Virus record (IMG/VR): IMGVR_UViG_3300033144_007170
Coordinates: 29,557-93,556 of that record
Origin: a virus
DNA length: 64,000 nucleotides
Direction: 5' to 3' (one strand)
Made by a program: the position numbers and the translations under genes
The notes under the pieces: model-generated
Told to the model about the DNA's origin: nothing
What the model saw: the letters and a program-made list of their open reading frames with translations, nothing else
Database searches by the model: none
Shown here: positions 48,466 to 57,766 of the stretch, piece after piece
How the letters are laid out: every line of letters starts with the position of its first letter
How positions within the stretch are numbered: position 1 is the first letter of the stretch

Positions 48466-48826
48466 CTTCGGATTTCTTTCCTATCACTCTGTATTTATTA
48501 AAGGCTTTTCTGTCTGTAATAGCAAAGATCTCATACAGATCTGCTCCCTTGCGTATTAAATAGCTTGTCTTTAATCCTATATCTGTTCCAAACAAGAATT
48601 TTTGTACGTCAAAACCAAAGCCTGTTCCGTAGATTTCTTTTTCTTTTACAGATACTGGAAATACTAATGCTTTTATATCTTTATCTAAATCCTCTACGCT
48701 TCCTTGAATTAATAAATAAGGGTCTCCCGAACCCTGCTCCACTATATCTATTACCGCTCCATATATAGGATAGAGTTGATCAAAACCAGAAGTAAAAAGA
48801 GCATCCAAGTCTGTTTGAAGACTCAT
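48458..48826 (-). CDS. putative head closure protein
   Basis: synteny between adaptor and gp10-like gene. Confidence 0.5.
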   Translation of the reverse strand: MSLQTDLDALFTSGFDQLYPIYGAVIDIVEQGSGDPYLLIQGSVEDLDKDIKALVFPVSVKEKEIYGTGFGFDVQKFLFGTDIGLKTSYLIRKGADLYEIFAITDRKAFNKYRVIGKKSEDV

Positions 48827-49341
48827 ATTAAAGCCCCTCTTTTTATATAGGGCTTCATTGTAAACAGAACTATAGTACGGGCAGGTGCTCCGGAAGGAGC
48901 CATAAGACTGGCACCGGAAACATATTTTGCAGTAAAATCTCCCCGCACAGTCAGCTCCCCGATTTTTAAAGCATCAGGATTGGACTGGGCATAATCGTTT
49001 GCTGCAAAATAAACTAATTCTGACTGAGAATCTTTTACTTCCGTAGGTATAGTATCAGAACCGTAAATAGGTTGGCTATCTTCATCCCTGGGGAATTTTA
49101 AAGCTTGGGGTACATGATCTTCTTCCCAATTATCTTTATTAGCATCGTCGGCAGAAGATCCTATGATGGGAAAGGAATCCAGGATCTTACAGCCTATTTT
49201 GGTAAGCCTTTCTTTTGCGGCGGAACCAAAAGCAGACCAAGCAGTAAGATCATATCCTGTAGTAGCAAGATAAGTGTCTATTTCAGCTACGGTGGCATAG
49301 CTATTTGAAGCACTGCCACCGATAGTTGTGATAAGTGCCAT
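48823..49341 (-). CDS. head-tail adaptor (family often labelled DnaT-like)
   Basis: SNSYATVAE.D.Y...QALKFPR...IP.EVK..Q.EL. Confidence 0.78.
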   Translation of the reverse strand: MALITTIGGSASNSYATVAEIDTYLATTGYDLTAWSAFGSAAKERLTKIGCKILDSFPIIGSSADDANKDNWEEDHVPQALKFPRDEDSQPIYGSDTIPTEVKDSQSELVYFAANDYAQSNPDALKIGELTVRGDFTAKYVSGASLMAPSGAPARTIVLFTMKPYIKRGALI

Positions 49342-49358
49342 ACCAGCATCCTTTTAGC

Positions 49359-49706
49359 CTATTGTTTCACCGAAGTATTGTCCTGGTCGAACCAAAATAC
49401 AAGCAAATCCCCCGCACTAAGATTCGAAGTCATTGCAATATTATTTGTAGATCCCGCCACAAGGGAACAAACATCAGTTTCTATAGAAAAAGATCCTGTA
49501 TCTTTTATGTAAGTGGCAGCCAATAGGGTATCGTTGGCTGTAATAGTGGCGGAACCGTCGGTTAGAGTAGAACTGCCAGCGTTTACGCCTGTTGCGAAAG
49601 ATACCCGCAATCCTTGTAATTCAGTGAGGATATTTTTAAGTCCTGCACCTTGCTGATCTGTAAGCTTGGCCCCGCCCTGTCCAAAATGATTAGCGATTGT
49701 TCTCAT
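49359..49706 (-). CDS. head decoration/fibre-like protein
   Basis: small Thr/Gly-rich protein downstream of capsid. Confidence 0.45.
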   Translation of the reverse strand: MRTIANHFGQGGAKLTDQQGAGLKNILTELQGLRVSFATGVNAGSSTLTDGSATITANDTLLAATYIKDTGSFSIETDVCSLVAGSTNNIAMTSNLSAGDLLVFWFDQDNTSVKQ

Positions 49707-49738
49707 AATATATTTCCTCCATCATAAATGGAATACCT

Positions 49739-50077
49739 TCACTCAGTATTTAACTTTACAGGCTTTCTTTTTAAACTCTCAAGCCTTTCTTTTTTAAATT
49801 TTTTAGATTTTTTATTCATTTTTATTCTCAGAGCTTCATCTTCATTAGTAGCTTCTACGGTCTTTTCTGTAGTTACTTTTACGGTCTTAAATCTATGCTC
49901 TATCTCGAATAAAAAGACACCTTTATCGTCTTTTAAGGTAGCCAGATGTGCAGAAAAACTGGGATGTACATCTTTATATTCAATTCCTCTTTCAAACGCC
50001 CACTTTTTATCTGCGTAAATTACCTTAATCTTTTCTCGGCCTATTAATCTTACTATAGGAAGCTTCATCCCCAACAC
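49739..50077 (-). CDS. hypothetical basic protein
   Basis: ORF after capsid gene. Confidence 0.5.
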   Translation of the reverse strand: MLGMKLPIVRLIGREKIKVIYADKKWAFERGIEYKDVHPSFSAHLATLKDDKGVFLFEIEHRFKTVKVTTEKTVEATNEDEALRIKMNKKSKKFKKERLESLKRKPVKLNTE

Positions 50078-50090
50078 CGTCCTTTATATA

Positions 50091-51005
50091 TTATTCACCA
50101 ATTCCGGTAATAACCGTCAAGGCATCTTCTGTTTCTGTAGCGATTGCAATCCGGAGAGTTACGACAAATTTAACTACTCTCTCGGAGATGAGCCGTTCGG
50201 ACTCCATCATAATCTGTCTTTGTACTCCTAAGATCAGATTTTTGGGATCTACAAAAATCATCTTAGTATCTGGAATATGAATATCGTGTTTAATATCTAC
50301 CCCAAATACCATTACAGGCTTATGTCCTTGTAAAGTATTATCCCCATATCCGGTCTGCCTATCTGCCGTTATATCTCTATATTCCGTCTCATTATCTGGA
50401 GAGATATAAAAGTTCATTGCATTACGATTTCTGAGATATTTGGTAGGCATCTCCAAAATAGCTTGTTTAAAAATGTTTTTGCCCACAGCACTATTATCCC
50501 CCGCAATGCTTGCGGTATGGGAAGTAGCCATTTGTAAAGCGCCGTCAAATAGTGCAAGATAGGTATCTTCGCTTTCTGTATCCCCAAGCACCAACAGCTC
50601 TCCTAAGTCCAAAGCAATTCTTTCTGCAATCATAGCCATAAGAGAATCTTCAAAATTATCTTGTTCTATATTATCTTCCAGAACATCATAGGGAATATGT
50701 ACTTCTGCGATTGTCTCTTTCGTAGTAAGTGTGATCTTGCCTGTCGTAGGAGCGGATCTATCGGCAGACCCTAAAGCGGTTCCTGACGCTGGAGCGGCTT
50801 TAAGAATACGAGAACCAAATCCTATATTTTCTATTATTCTCACCGGGGCATTCATTTTTACGAAACGGACGTCATTTATTAAAGTAGGGGCATCCTGAAC
50901 ATCACGCAAGAATGCATCAGCCTGTTCCGGATTAAGATAACCGCCGTCCGATATTAAATCGGCTACCGTGATCATTGCTTTTTCTACAATTTGTCTTTGG
51001 TTCAT
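50091..51005 (-). CDS. major capsid protein (HK97 fold, XkdG/P2-like)
   Basis: GGYLNPEQADAF, IGFGSRIL, DVLEDNIE, GDT, MPTKY, PKNLILG; strong SD AGGAGG. Confidence 0.92.
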   Translation of the reverse strand: MNQRQIVEKAMITVADLISDGGYLNPEQADAFLRDVQDAPTLINDVRFVKMNAPVRIIENIGFGSRILKAAPASGTALGSADRSAPTTGKITLTTKETIAEVHIPYDVLEDNIEQDNFEDSLMAMIAERIALDLGELLVLGDTESEDTYLALFDGALQMATSHTASIAGDNSAVGKNIFKQAILEMPTKYLRNRNAMNFYISPDNETEYRDITADRQTGYGDNTLQGHKPVMVFGVDIKHDIHIPDTKMIFVDPKNLILGVQRQIMMESERLISERVVKFVVTLRIAIATETEDALTVITGIGE

Positions 51006-51049
51006 TTTATCCTCCTAAATATACAGTGAATACGTGTTCTTATTCATAA

Positions 51050-52105
51050 TTACATAGACCCACTAATTCCAGGATGCGTACCTTTTTTAGTGAATAATCC
51101 TGAATATACACTTTCTTTTTTTAGTGTATTTGGATTATTGGGATCGTCTATAACGGTTTTAGATACTACAGTACCGGACATTTTTTCCAATTTCTCAGTT
51201 ACTTCTTTTACAGAAGTCTTTAAATCGTCGATCTCTTTCTCTTTAGCAAGACGCTCGTCTTCTGCCTTCTTAGTAGCAGCTTGAGTCTCTGCACTTTTCG
51301 CATCCTCTTCCGCTTTCTGTGTTATTGCTTTCGTAACAACATCAGCGATAATTCCAGTCAGTTCCTCTTTGCTTTCTAATTCAAACATAGTACCCTCCTT
51401 GTTTGCTTTTTTAATAGGTATTTGTTTCTGTAACATTTCTATGAATTTAGCGGCTCGTTCTCCCACAGGAGGAGTACCGTTAGATTTTGCTTCTGAAAAG
51501 ATAGTTTCACAAAAGGATCTGAAATTATCTATGGCTAAAAGAACCGTTTTTTTCATATCCGATTCTTCCATATCCGATTCTTTCATATTACTCTGGGACA
51601 TAGAACCCGATATAAGATCCATCATTGCGTACATCTCCTCCCAGACGGTCCAAGTGTCCACTTCTTTAATATCTTCTTTTAATACTATTGTCTTAGGGGG
51701 ATCATTCAGATTTTTTTCATCTTTTTCTTTTTTATCTGCAAGTAAATCATAAGTAATCGCATACACATGATTTTCAGGGTCTATAGCAACAATTGATTTG
51801 GTATCAAGAGCACAGGCAGATTTATCGACCTGTTCATAAATAAGATAATTGCCGTCTTCCTTTATTGTATCCTTTCTAAAATCTTTCCCTACTAAAGTTT
51901 CAAGATCAGCTTTACTATCTTTTTCAATTCTTATTGCCTGAACTACTTTATTCATCTTCTCCCCCTTATTCCCTTTCACTACCCGAAAGGGAGTATTATT
52001 TGCACCATGCCTTACCAAAGATACAAAAGTAACTTCCGGCTCTTTTAAAAAATCTACCGTAGTTTCTTTTGGTACGGTTATAACGTCCTTACTTATTTTT
52101 TTCAT
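51050..52105 (-). CDS. head scaffold-like protein with N-terminal protease-type strand
   Basis: EVTFVSLVRHGAN at N-terminus; C-terminal coiled coil; precedes capsid. Confidence 0.65.
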   Translation of the reverse strand: MKKISKDVITVPKETTVDFLKEPEVTFVSLVRHGANNTPFRVVKGNKGEKMNKVVQAIRIEKDSKADLETLVGKDFRKDTIKEDGNYLIYEQVDKSACALDTKSIVAIDPENHVYAITYDLLADKKEKDEKNLNDPPKTIVLKEDIKEVDTWTVWEEMYAMMDLISGSMSQSNMKESDMEESDMKKTVLLAIDNFRSFCETIFSEAKSNGTPPVGERAAKFIEMLQKQIPIKKANKEGTMFELESKEELTGIIADVVTKAITQKAEEDAKSAETQAATKKAEDERLAKEKEIDDLKTSVKEVTEKLEKMSGTVVSKTVIDDPNNPNTLKKESVYSGLFTKKGTHPGISGSM

Positions 52106-52109
52106 AGTA

Positions 52110-52745
52110 TTACTCAACAAAATATCTATGGGAATGTTCCATTGCTTTTTCCGTAGCCGAAGTTAATAAGATTGTGTGTTGATGGTTATGGTCAAAAGAA
52201 GTATATCCGGAAACTACACCGCCTTTGGAGTCCAATCGGATAACATAGGTATGTTCGTGGGGTTCTACATCTTTCTCCGATGATTGGCCTTCTTCTGTAT
52301 TACCGGTGGCTAAGGTAACCACATCCACCACTACAGAAACAGGCTGTTTTATGCTGGTGCCATAAAAAGAAAAAGCATTTAACTCTCCAGATTTAACATT
52401 TTTCCAGACATCGTCCGGAACCCACACCCCCATAACCCAAGCCCCTTCTGTATATAGAGGATCATCGGGAGTTCGGACTATATAACTCTCGACTACAACA
52501 GCTCCGCTTTTTTCGAGATTATGCCCTACATCAATATTATCAAGATAATTATTTTTCAGGAAAGTATGGGCGGCGTATTCTACATCTTCTGGGGTCATTG
52601 CTTCCCAATCAGTATCTACCATATTAGGAGCATAAACCTCCCCAAATACTAATTGTTTGTCCTCAACTAAATGTTTAAATACTACTTTAAGAAGTTCTTC
52701 TGAAGTTTCGGATTTTGTTGAAGATTTTTTTATTTGGAAGGCCAT
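52110..52745 (-). CDS. XkdF-like prohead serine protease
   Basis: LVFGEVYAP..VD, AAH.F, D..H, VVESY, GAWVMG, W..VKSGELNAFS; His-rich C-terminus. Confidence 0.88.
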   Translation of the reverse strand: MAFQIKKSSTKSETSEELLKVVFKHLVEDKQLVFGEVYAPNMVDTDWEAMTPEDVEYAAHTFLKNNYLDNIDVGHNLEKSGAVVVESYIVRTPDDPLYTEGAWVMGVWVPDDVWKNVKSGELNAFSFYGTSIKQPVSVVVDVVTLATGNTEEGQSSEKDVEPHEHTYVIRLDSKGGVVSGYTSFDHNHQHTILLTSATEKAMEHSHRYFVE

Positions 52746-52752
52746 GACATGC

Positions 52753-52782
52753 TCTATAATAAATAAATAGGATGCAGGTCAA
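52753..52782 (-). promoter_or_regulatory. sigma70-like promoter of head operon
   Basis: TTGACC-18 nt-TATAGA, 7 nt before ATG, no SD. Confidence 0.5.
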
Positions 52783-52814
52783 TAAGGTAGGGTATTTTGG
52801 TAGAATATAATAGA

Positions 52815-53042
52815 CTAAGGTGTACTATCTGTACTAAAAAATCGAACTAAATCGTCGGAATATACTTTTCTTGCGGGGGATATAGGAAGTTTGCCTTGTT
52901 TTTGATAACGTCTTACTGTATGTCGATGCACTCCTAAAATTTGAGACACTTCTGTAAGATTATAGGTGCCTTTCTTGGGCAGTCCAACAGAAGGAAGTAT
53001 TGTATTTTCAAAATAGTTAGTATTATTTTTGGAATCTGACAT
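52815..53042 (-). CDS. HTH DNA-binding protein (MerR/excisionase-like)
   Basis: YNLTEVSQILGVHRHTVRRY..QGKL. Confidence 0.75.
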   Translation of the reverse strand: MSDSKNNTNYFENTILPSVGLPKKGTYNLTEVSQILGVHRHTVRRYQKQGKLPISPARKVYSDDLVRFFSTDSTP

Positions 53043-53043
53043 T

Positions 53044-53259
53044 TTATCGAGTTATTGCTCTATTTGTTTTTGGGGGGAGGGGTTCTAATTCAAAAGAATA
53101 AAACTCTACCTCCTTTAATTTTTTAGTTCTGCATTTTATTATTTGAGCAGAACCGGGCACATTAGATATAGACAATACCAGTACCCATTCTTTTTGAAGA
53201 ATATGCTGTACTGTTTTTCCTGGTATAATTTTTTCGATCTTCATAATTAAGATTACCAC
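53044..53259 (-). CDS. hypothetical protein
   Basis: 71-aa SH3-like small ORF. Confidence 0.5.
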   Translation of the reverse strand: MVILIMKIEKIIPGKTVQHILQKEWVLVLSISNVPGSAQIIKCRTKKLKEVEFYSFELEPLPPKTNRAITR

Positions 53260-54926
53260 ATAGGCTTGTCAAGCTTCTTTTGTTTTTTGGGCACCTTGTG
53301 CCTTCCTTGCCGTATCCTTTTTTCTTCTGCGCTCTCGATACGTTTTTCTGGTACTATATGCTCCAAAATACATTTAGTCATAATATCAATTACCATTTCT
53401 GGAGTAATTCCGGTAAGACAATAAACTTCGGGTTTTACACAATCTGTCCATTCTTTGTCTGTTCTTCCCCTACACCCGCCACATTCGAGATCTTCGATTC
53501 TAATTGGGTATTCTATAGCATCCGATGCCGGAGAGAAAGGATGCACGCATCCGTATATTACACAAGCTGGAGTACCTACCGCCTTTGCTATATGGGCACA
53601 ACCCGAATCTATTCCTAAAAACAAACAGCATTCTTTAATCAATGCGGCGGTTTGTTTTATAGGAAGCCCTCTGCAATCTTTGCCTACCCCGGTATATTGA
53701 GTTTGGGGGTTCCCTATCTCTAAGATCTCATAGCCTTTCTTTTTGTAATGAGAAGCAACTTTAACAAATCTATCCAACTCCCACTCTTTGCTTTTCCAGG
53801 CCCGCCCCGTATGGAATACAATATGTCTCTGGTTCGGTTTTAAAAAGCGTCGGATAGGATTTACATCGTCTTCGGTTAGGTATACTTGTAATTTAGCTTT
53901 CTTTAAAGTAACATTGCATTGATTGGCCATAGTTATTATGGCATTTTTTTCCATATCAACTTCATATCTTGGAGTTAAAACAATATCATATTTTTTTAGC
54001 TTTGGCTCTCTTCTGACAATCTCATTTATACAAGGGTTCCCTGTGAGGATCCCAGGGCAATCTGTTTCATATACTATATAGGAATTGGGGTATTTATTTT
54101 TTAATGCGAACAATATGGGGGTTGTTAATAAAACATCTCCCATAGCTCCCTTTCTTCTAAAAAGAATAGTGGGTTTGTCTGCTTCTATTTTAGATTCAAT
54201 CGGGCGCTTTCCTGTTACCCATTTACTAAACATTCTGTGCCTACTGGTGTTGTTTTGTTCTGGGGCAGTATGATCTAATTGTTTTTTAGACTTACTGCCG
54301 TAGTGTTTAATAGGAAGCTTCACAGTTTTGAGCTTTAGCCCCAATTCTTTAACCCTATAAGATAAATCTGCGTCTTCCCCATAAGCTGGATTAAACTGCA
54401 TATCAAACCCCTTTAATTCCTGAAACAATTTCCACTTTCCGAATAAGCACCAACCTTCTACGTAGCTCCAATCCTCCTCAATTTTGCTACTGCCTACATG
54501 ATTAACTGTTTCTTCTGCGTAATCGGGAGCTGCTTTATGGCACATAGTTCCTACTAACCCCACATTCTCTTCTTTGCTTGCCTGCATCAAAATAGGTAGC
54601 CAATTGTATCCTTTGATTTTACAATCGTTATTAAGGAAGAGGATATACTCGCACTCAGCTAATTTCAGAGCTTGGTTATTGCCTCCGGAAAATCCTCTGT
54701 TCCTCCGGTTTCTTACTATTAAATCCCGCTCCCCAGTCAATACTTCGTCTAAATATTTTAAAGTCCCGTCTTCCGATCCTTGATCGACTACAATTAAATC
54801 ATACTTATTTCTGTCTGTAAATTTTTTTATGGAATCTATACATATTTTAGTGTAGTGTACCTGATTCCATGCAAGTATTATAATAGCTACTTTATTTTTT
54901 TTCTGCTTCATCGTCATTATATCCAT
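53253..54926 (-). CDS. bifunctional glycosyltransferase GT2 + GT9 (heptosyltransferase-like)
   Basis: N-term VDQGSEDGT, GFSGGNN, FLNND, EDADL; C-term GAMGDVLLTTP, KEW, DSG.AH.A.AVG.P, CxxC..C..C. Confidence 0.88.
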   Translation of the reverse strand: MDIMTMKQKKNKVAIIILAWNQVHYTKICIDSIKKFTDRNKYDLIVVDQGSEDGTLKYLDEVLTGERDLIVRNRRNRGFSGGNNQALKLAECEYILFLNNDCKIKGYNWLPILMQASKEENVGLVGTMCHKAAPDYAEETVNHVGSSKIEEDWSYVEGWCLFGKWKLFQELKGFDMQFNPAYGEDADLSYRVKELGLKLKTVKLPIKHYGSKSKKQLDHTAPEQNNTSRHRMFSKWVTGKRPIESKIEADKPTILFRRKGAMGDVLLTTPILFALKNKYPNSYIVYETDCPGILTGNPCINEIVRREPKLKKYDIVLTPRYEVDMEKNAIITMANQCNVTLKKAKLQVYLTEDDVNPIRRFLKPNQRHIVFHTGRAWKSKEWELDRFVKVASHYKKKGYEILEIGNPQTQYTGVGKDCRGLPIKQTAALIKECCLFLGIDSGCAHIAKAVGTPACVIYGCVHPFSPASDAIEYPIRIEDLECGGCRGRTDKEWTDCVKPEVYCLTGITPEMVIDIMTKCILEHIVPEKRIESAEEKRIRQGRHKVPKKQKKLDKPMW

Positions 54927-54928
54927 AT

Positions 54929-55615
54929 TTAATAGTTCCTACGGCTGATGTTTACTTCCGTGATCCTCAAACTTTTATATTCTTTGCATACTTTATATAT
55001 TACATCCGCAACTTCTGTCGGGTCACTAAGTTTTTCTCTATTTTCTCTATCTAAGGTCATACCTGTTTTCATTGCTCCGGGATAAATATCAACGACCCTT
55101 ATATTATGTCTTGTAACATCGAATTGAAGAGCTTTAGAGAATCCTGCTAATCCATGCTTACTTGCGCAATATGCGGTTTCTCCGTCTCCGCCGGCTTTCC
55201 CCGCAATAGAATTAATATTAAGTATTAATCCGGATCTTTTTCTTTGGAACAATTTGAATATCCTTGTTGCCAAAAGCATGGGAGCTATTAAATTCGTATT
55301 AATTACTTCTTTAACTGTAGCGGAAGATAAATATAAAATTTCCCTATTTACATACATTGCTGCATTATTGATTAATATATCAATATCCCTTGTCTTTGCA
55401 ATGTCCGTCAGTAGAGCTATTGTGGAATCTACTTGGATATCCCCTTGTATGGTATCGCATACAATTTCATACGCTCCAGTAAGCTTCTTCTGCAAATCCA
55501 CCAAAGCCATAAGATTTCGGCCATGTAATATCAAATTGTATCCGTTTTTTGCAAATATACAAGACAGTGCTCTACCGAGTCCACCGCTTGCGCCTGTAAT
55601 AAGTACTGTGCTCAT
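54929..55615 (-). CDS. short-chain dehydrogenase/reductase (SDR)
   Basis: TGASGGLG, LINNA, YCASK, PG...T. Confidence 0.92.
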   Translation of the reverse strand: MSTVLITGASGGLGRALSCIFAKNGYNLILHGRNLMALVDLQKKLTGAYEIVCDTIQGDIQVDSTIALLTDIAKTRDIDILINNAAMYVNREILYLSSATVKEVINTNLIAPMLLATRIFKLFQRKRSGLILNINSIAGKAGGDGETAYCASKHGLAGFSKALQFDVTRHNIRVVDIYPGAMKTGMTLDRENREKLSDPTEVADVIYKVCKEYKSLRITEVNISRRNY

Positions 55616-55623
55616 TTGTGCTC

Positions 55624-56106
55624 CTAAAAAAAAGGCAGCCCCTCCCGCTTCAAGCAAATAATTGAAGGTGTTGCCATTAAATATGAATCAATCATGGCCT
55701 TTTCAGTCTCCACCATATTCCGGGGGAAGTACCCAAAAGTATTTTTAAGTAGTCCTACCAGACCTTCTGCGTTCAATGGCCTATGCGTAGGGCCGTGTGT
55801 GGGATAATCAGAATTCCCAACCAACATTACGGGTAAGTTTTGCTCATCTATGTCGATTTTAATTTGCTCAAAAGGACGTTCTATTAAAAAAGGAGTGAGC
55901 GTATAAACAACTGGTCTTAATCCTTCGATTGCCATTCCCGCAGCGATGCTTATCATACTCTGTTCGCAAAGACCGATATTAAAAAATCTATCTGGAAATT
56001 TCTCTACGAACTCATCCATTTCTTGGTATACATCCCCGATCAGGAGGACTATGCGCTCGTCTTTTTCAGCTAATCGTACAATGGTTTTTCCAAACTGACG
56101 CCTCAT
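55624..56106 (-). CDS. transketolase, pyrimidine-binding subunit (lacks C-terminal domain)
   Basis: FPDRFFNIGLCEQ, AAGMAIEG..P, ERPFEQIK.D, GPTH. Confidence 0.9.
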   Translation of the reverse strand: MRRQFGKTIVRLAEKDERIVLLIGDVYQEMDEFVEKFPDRFFNIGLCEQSMISIAAGMAIEGLRPVVYTLTPFLIERPFEQIKIDIDEQNLPVMLVGNSDYPTHGPTHRPLNAEGLVGLLKNTFGYFPRNMVETEKAMIDSYLMATPSIICLKREGLPFF

Positions 56107-56843
56107 TGTAATTCCTCCATTGCCTGTTTCAGTTCTTCGGGATTCGGAAATTTTGCATGCCATTCCGGGACGTTTTCCATAAAACTAACACCCTTTCCCT
56201 TTACTGTGCGTGCGATAATAAATCGGGGCATTTTTTCAATACTCCTTCTCACGCTATCGACAATATCGGCGCAATCGTGTCCATCTGCGGTCGAGGCATT
56301 CCAGCCAATTCTTGTTGCTATTCCACCCAAGTCGCCTATCGGAAGTATGTTGCTCAGGAATCCAGATCCCTGTAGTCTATTCCAATCCACGATCACAACG
56401 AGATTATCTAATTGATGATGTGTCGCTATAAGAAATGATTCCCATGTTGTTCCTTCTTGGCACTCGCCATCTCCCATAAGTACATAAACTTTCCCTGGTT
56501 TCTTAGCGATCTTTTTTGCCATCGCAATTCCTATTGCGGTAGGTAATCCGTGCCCCAGGCTTCCAGTAGTGCTGTGTATTCCATTATGCGGGTCTCGCTT
56601 TGGGTGTCCCTCTATAATAGGATTGTATCCCTTTTCCCGCAGAATAACATACAAAGGCCAACAACTATGCCCCTTACTGAGTATAAATTTATCGTCGTCA
56701 GTTAAAACATGGTCGTATAAAGCTATTAATATTTCCACCGCAGAGAAACTCCCTCCGAAATGGTATCCCCCATGTTTTAGAGATAATGTTATTGTATCTC
56801 TTCTTATTTGTTTTGATCTTGAATTCATTTTTTCCTTATACAT
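56103..56843 (-). CDS. transketolase, N-terminal ThDP-binding subunit
   Basis: H.GGS.S, ILSKGH, TGSLGHGL, GDGE..EG..WE, D.N, DGHD, TVKGKG, WH. Confidence 0.93.
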   Translation of the reverse strand: MYKEKMNSRSKQIRRDTITLSLKHGGYHFGGSFSAVEILIALYDHVLTDDDKFILSKGHSCWPLYVILREKGYNPIIEGHPKRDPHNGIHSTTGSLGHGLPTAIGIAMAKKIAKKPGKVYVLMGDGECQEGTTWESFLIATHHQLDNLVVIVDWNRLQGSGFLSNILPIGDLGGIATRIGWNASTADGHDCADIVDSVRRSIEKMPRFIIARTVKGKGVSFMENVPEWHAKFPNPEELKQAMEELQ

Positions 56844-56945
56844 AAAAGATTTGTGTAGTTGTTTTTTTCCGGGGTATATATTTTAAGTAATTCTGAAATG
56901 TTAACCGGTTTTATTTTTTTCTCTTTTTTGTGCATATTTTCACCT

Positions 56946-57758
56946 TTAACCCCCAAGCGGATAGGCTATTTCTATATCCGGCCTGTCTGTTTTGTTTGGA
57001 AAATCGAGTCCGATTACAGGAAAGTTTACATCTGTTTTTTTTACTCCGGCAACTAAATCTTTTCTAACAAAACTTAGCTCGATCAATGGGGGGAAGCGAT
57101 ATCCTTCACTCCCTATTTCGGATAAAGAATTATTTGCATGTATATGATAAATATAAAAATGTTTATTTAGCTTTTTTAAAGCTCGGTAATACAATTCAAA
57201 TATTTTGTCGTTGATTTTGTCGTAAACAGATTTGTAAAATTTACTAAAATAGGGAGTTAATATAAAGTGAGGACCTGCAAATCCTGGTCTTTTCATTTGC
57301 GAGAAGGTATCAATGCTAACTATATGGAATTCAACTAATAATTGATTGAATTGCGTAAGCACTTCATCTGGCGTAGATAACAAAGCCTCCCACTCATCCC
57401 ATTCTATATCCATTTTTAATAGTTTTGAACTGCTCACAATATCACCCAGCATTATACTTTGCAGGCTTTCGTGGTTCTGACCAACTCCAAGCTTGAAAAA
57501 GGTAAATCTTTTGTGGTCGCAAGGCAAAGAATCTATTGTAGGGTCAAACAACCTTACGTGTGAATTCGGAAATCTGTTTACAAATTCAAGCTCAAAGCCT
57601 ACATCGTTTTCTACCCCAAAACTATAGACAGTGTTTGTTTTTTCGCATAGTTCTTTCAGTGCCACATATCCACCATCAGATTCATTGCCAATTCTGACTT
57701 TGGTTAGATTACAGTCAAAAACTTCGATTTCTTTTAAAAATTTTTGTATGTTTTTCAT
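56946..57758 (-). CDS. FkbM-like / Methyltransf_22 methyltransferase
   Basis: R.G...DGGY, YSFGV..D..FE, FDPT, LKMDIE..EW, QL.VEFH, H.H.NN, P..IE.SF. Confidence 0.82.
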   Translation of the reverse strand: MKNIQKFLKEIEVFDCNLTKVRIGNESDGGYVALKELCEKTNTVYSFGVENDVGFELEFVNRFPNSHVRLFDPTIDSLPCDHKRFTFFKLGVGQNHESLQSIMLGDIVSSSKLLKMDIEWDEWEALLSTPDEVLTQFNQLLVEFHIVSIDTFSQMKRPGFAGPHFILTPYFSKFYKSVYDKINDKIFELYYRALKKLNKHFYIYHIHANNSLSEIGSEGYRFPPLIELSFVRKDLVAGVKKTDVNFPVIGLDFPNKTDRPDIEIAYPLGG

Positions 57759-57766
57759 ATGTCTCT

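Noticed and set aside
48823-49341. DnaT-like replication protein
   Set aside because: Position between capsid and neck genes indicates a head-tail adaptor
55624-56843. Central-metabolism auxiliary transketolase
   Set aside because: Split form lacking the C-terminal domain and sugar-cluster context point to glycan biosynthesis rather than the pentose phosphate pathway
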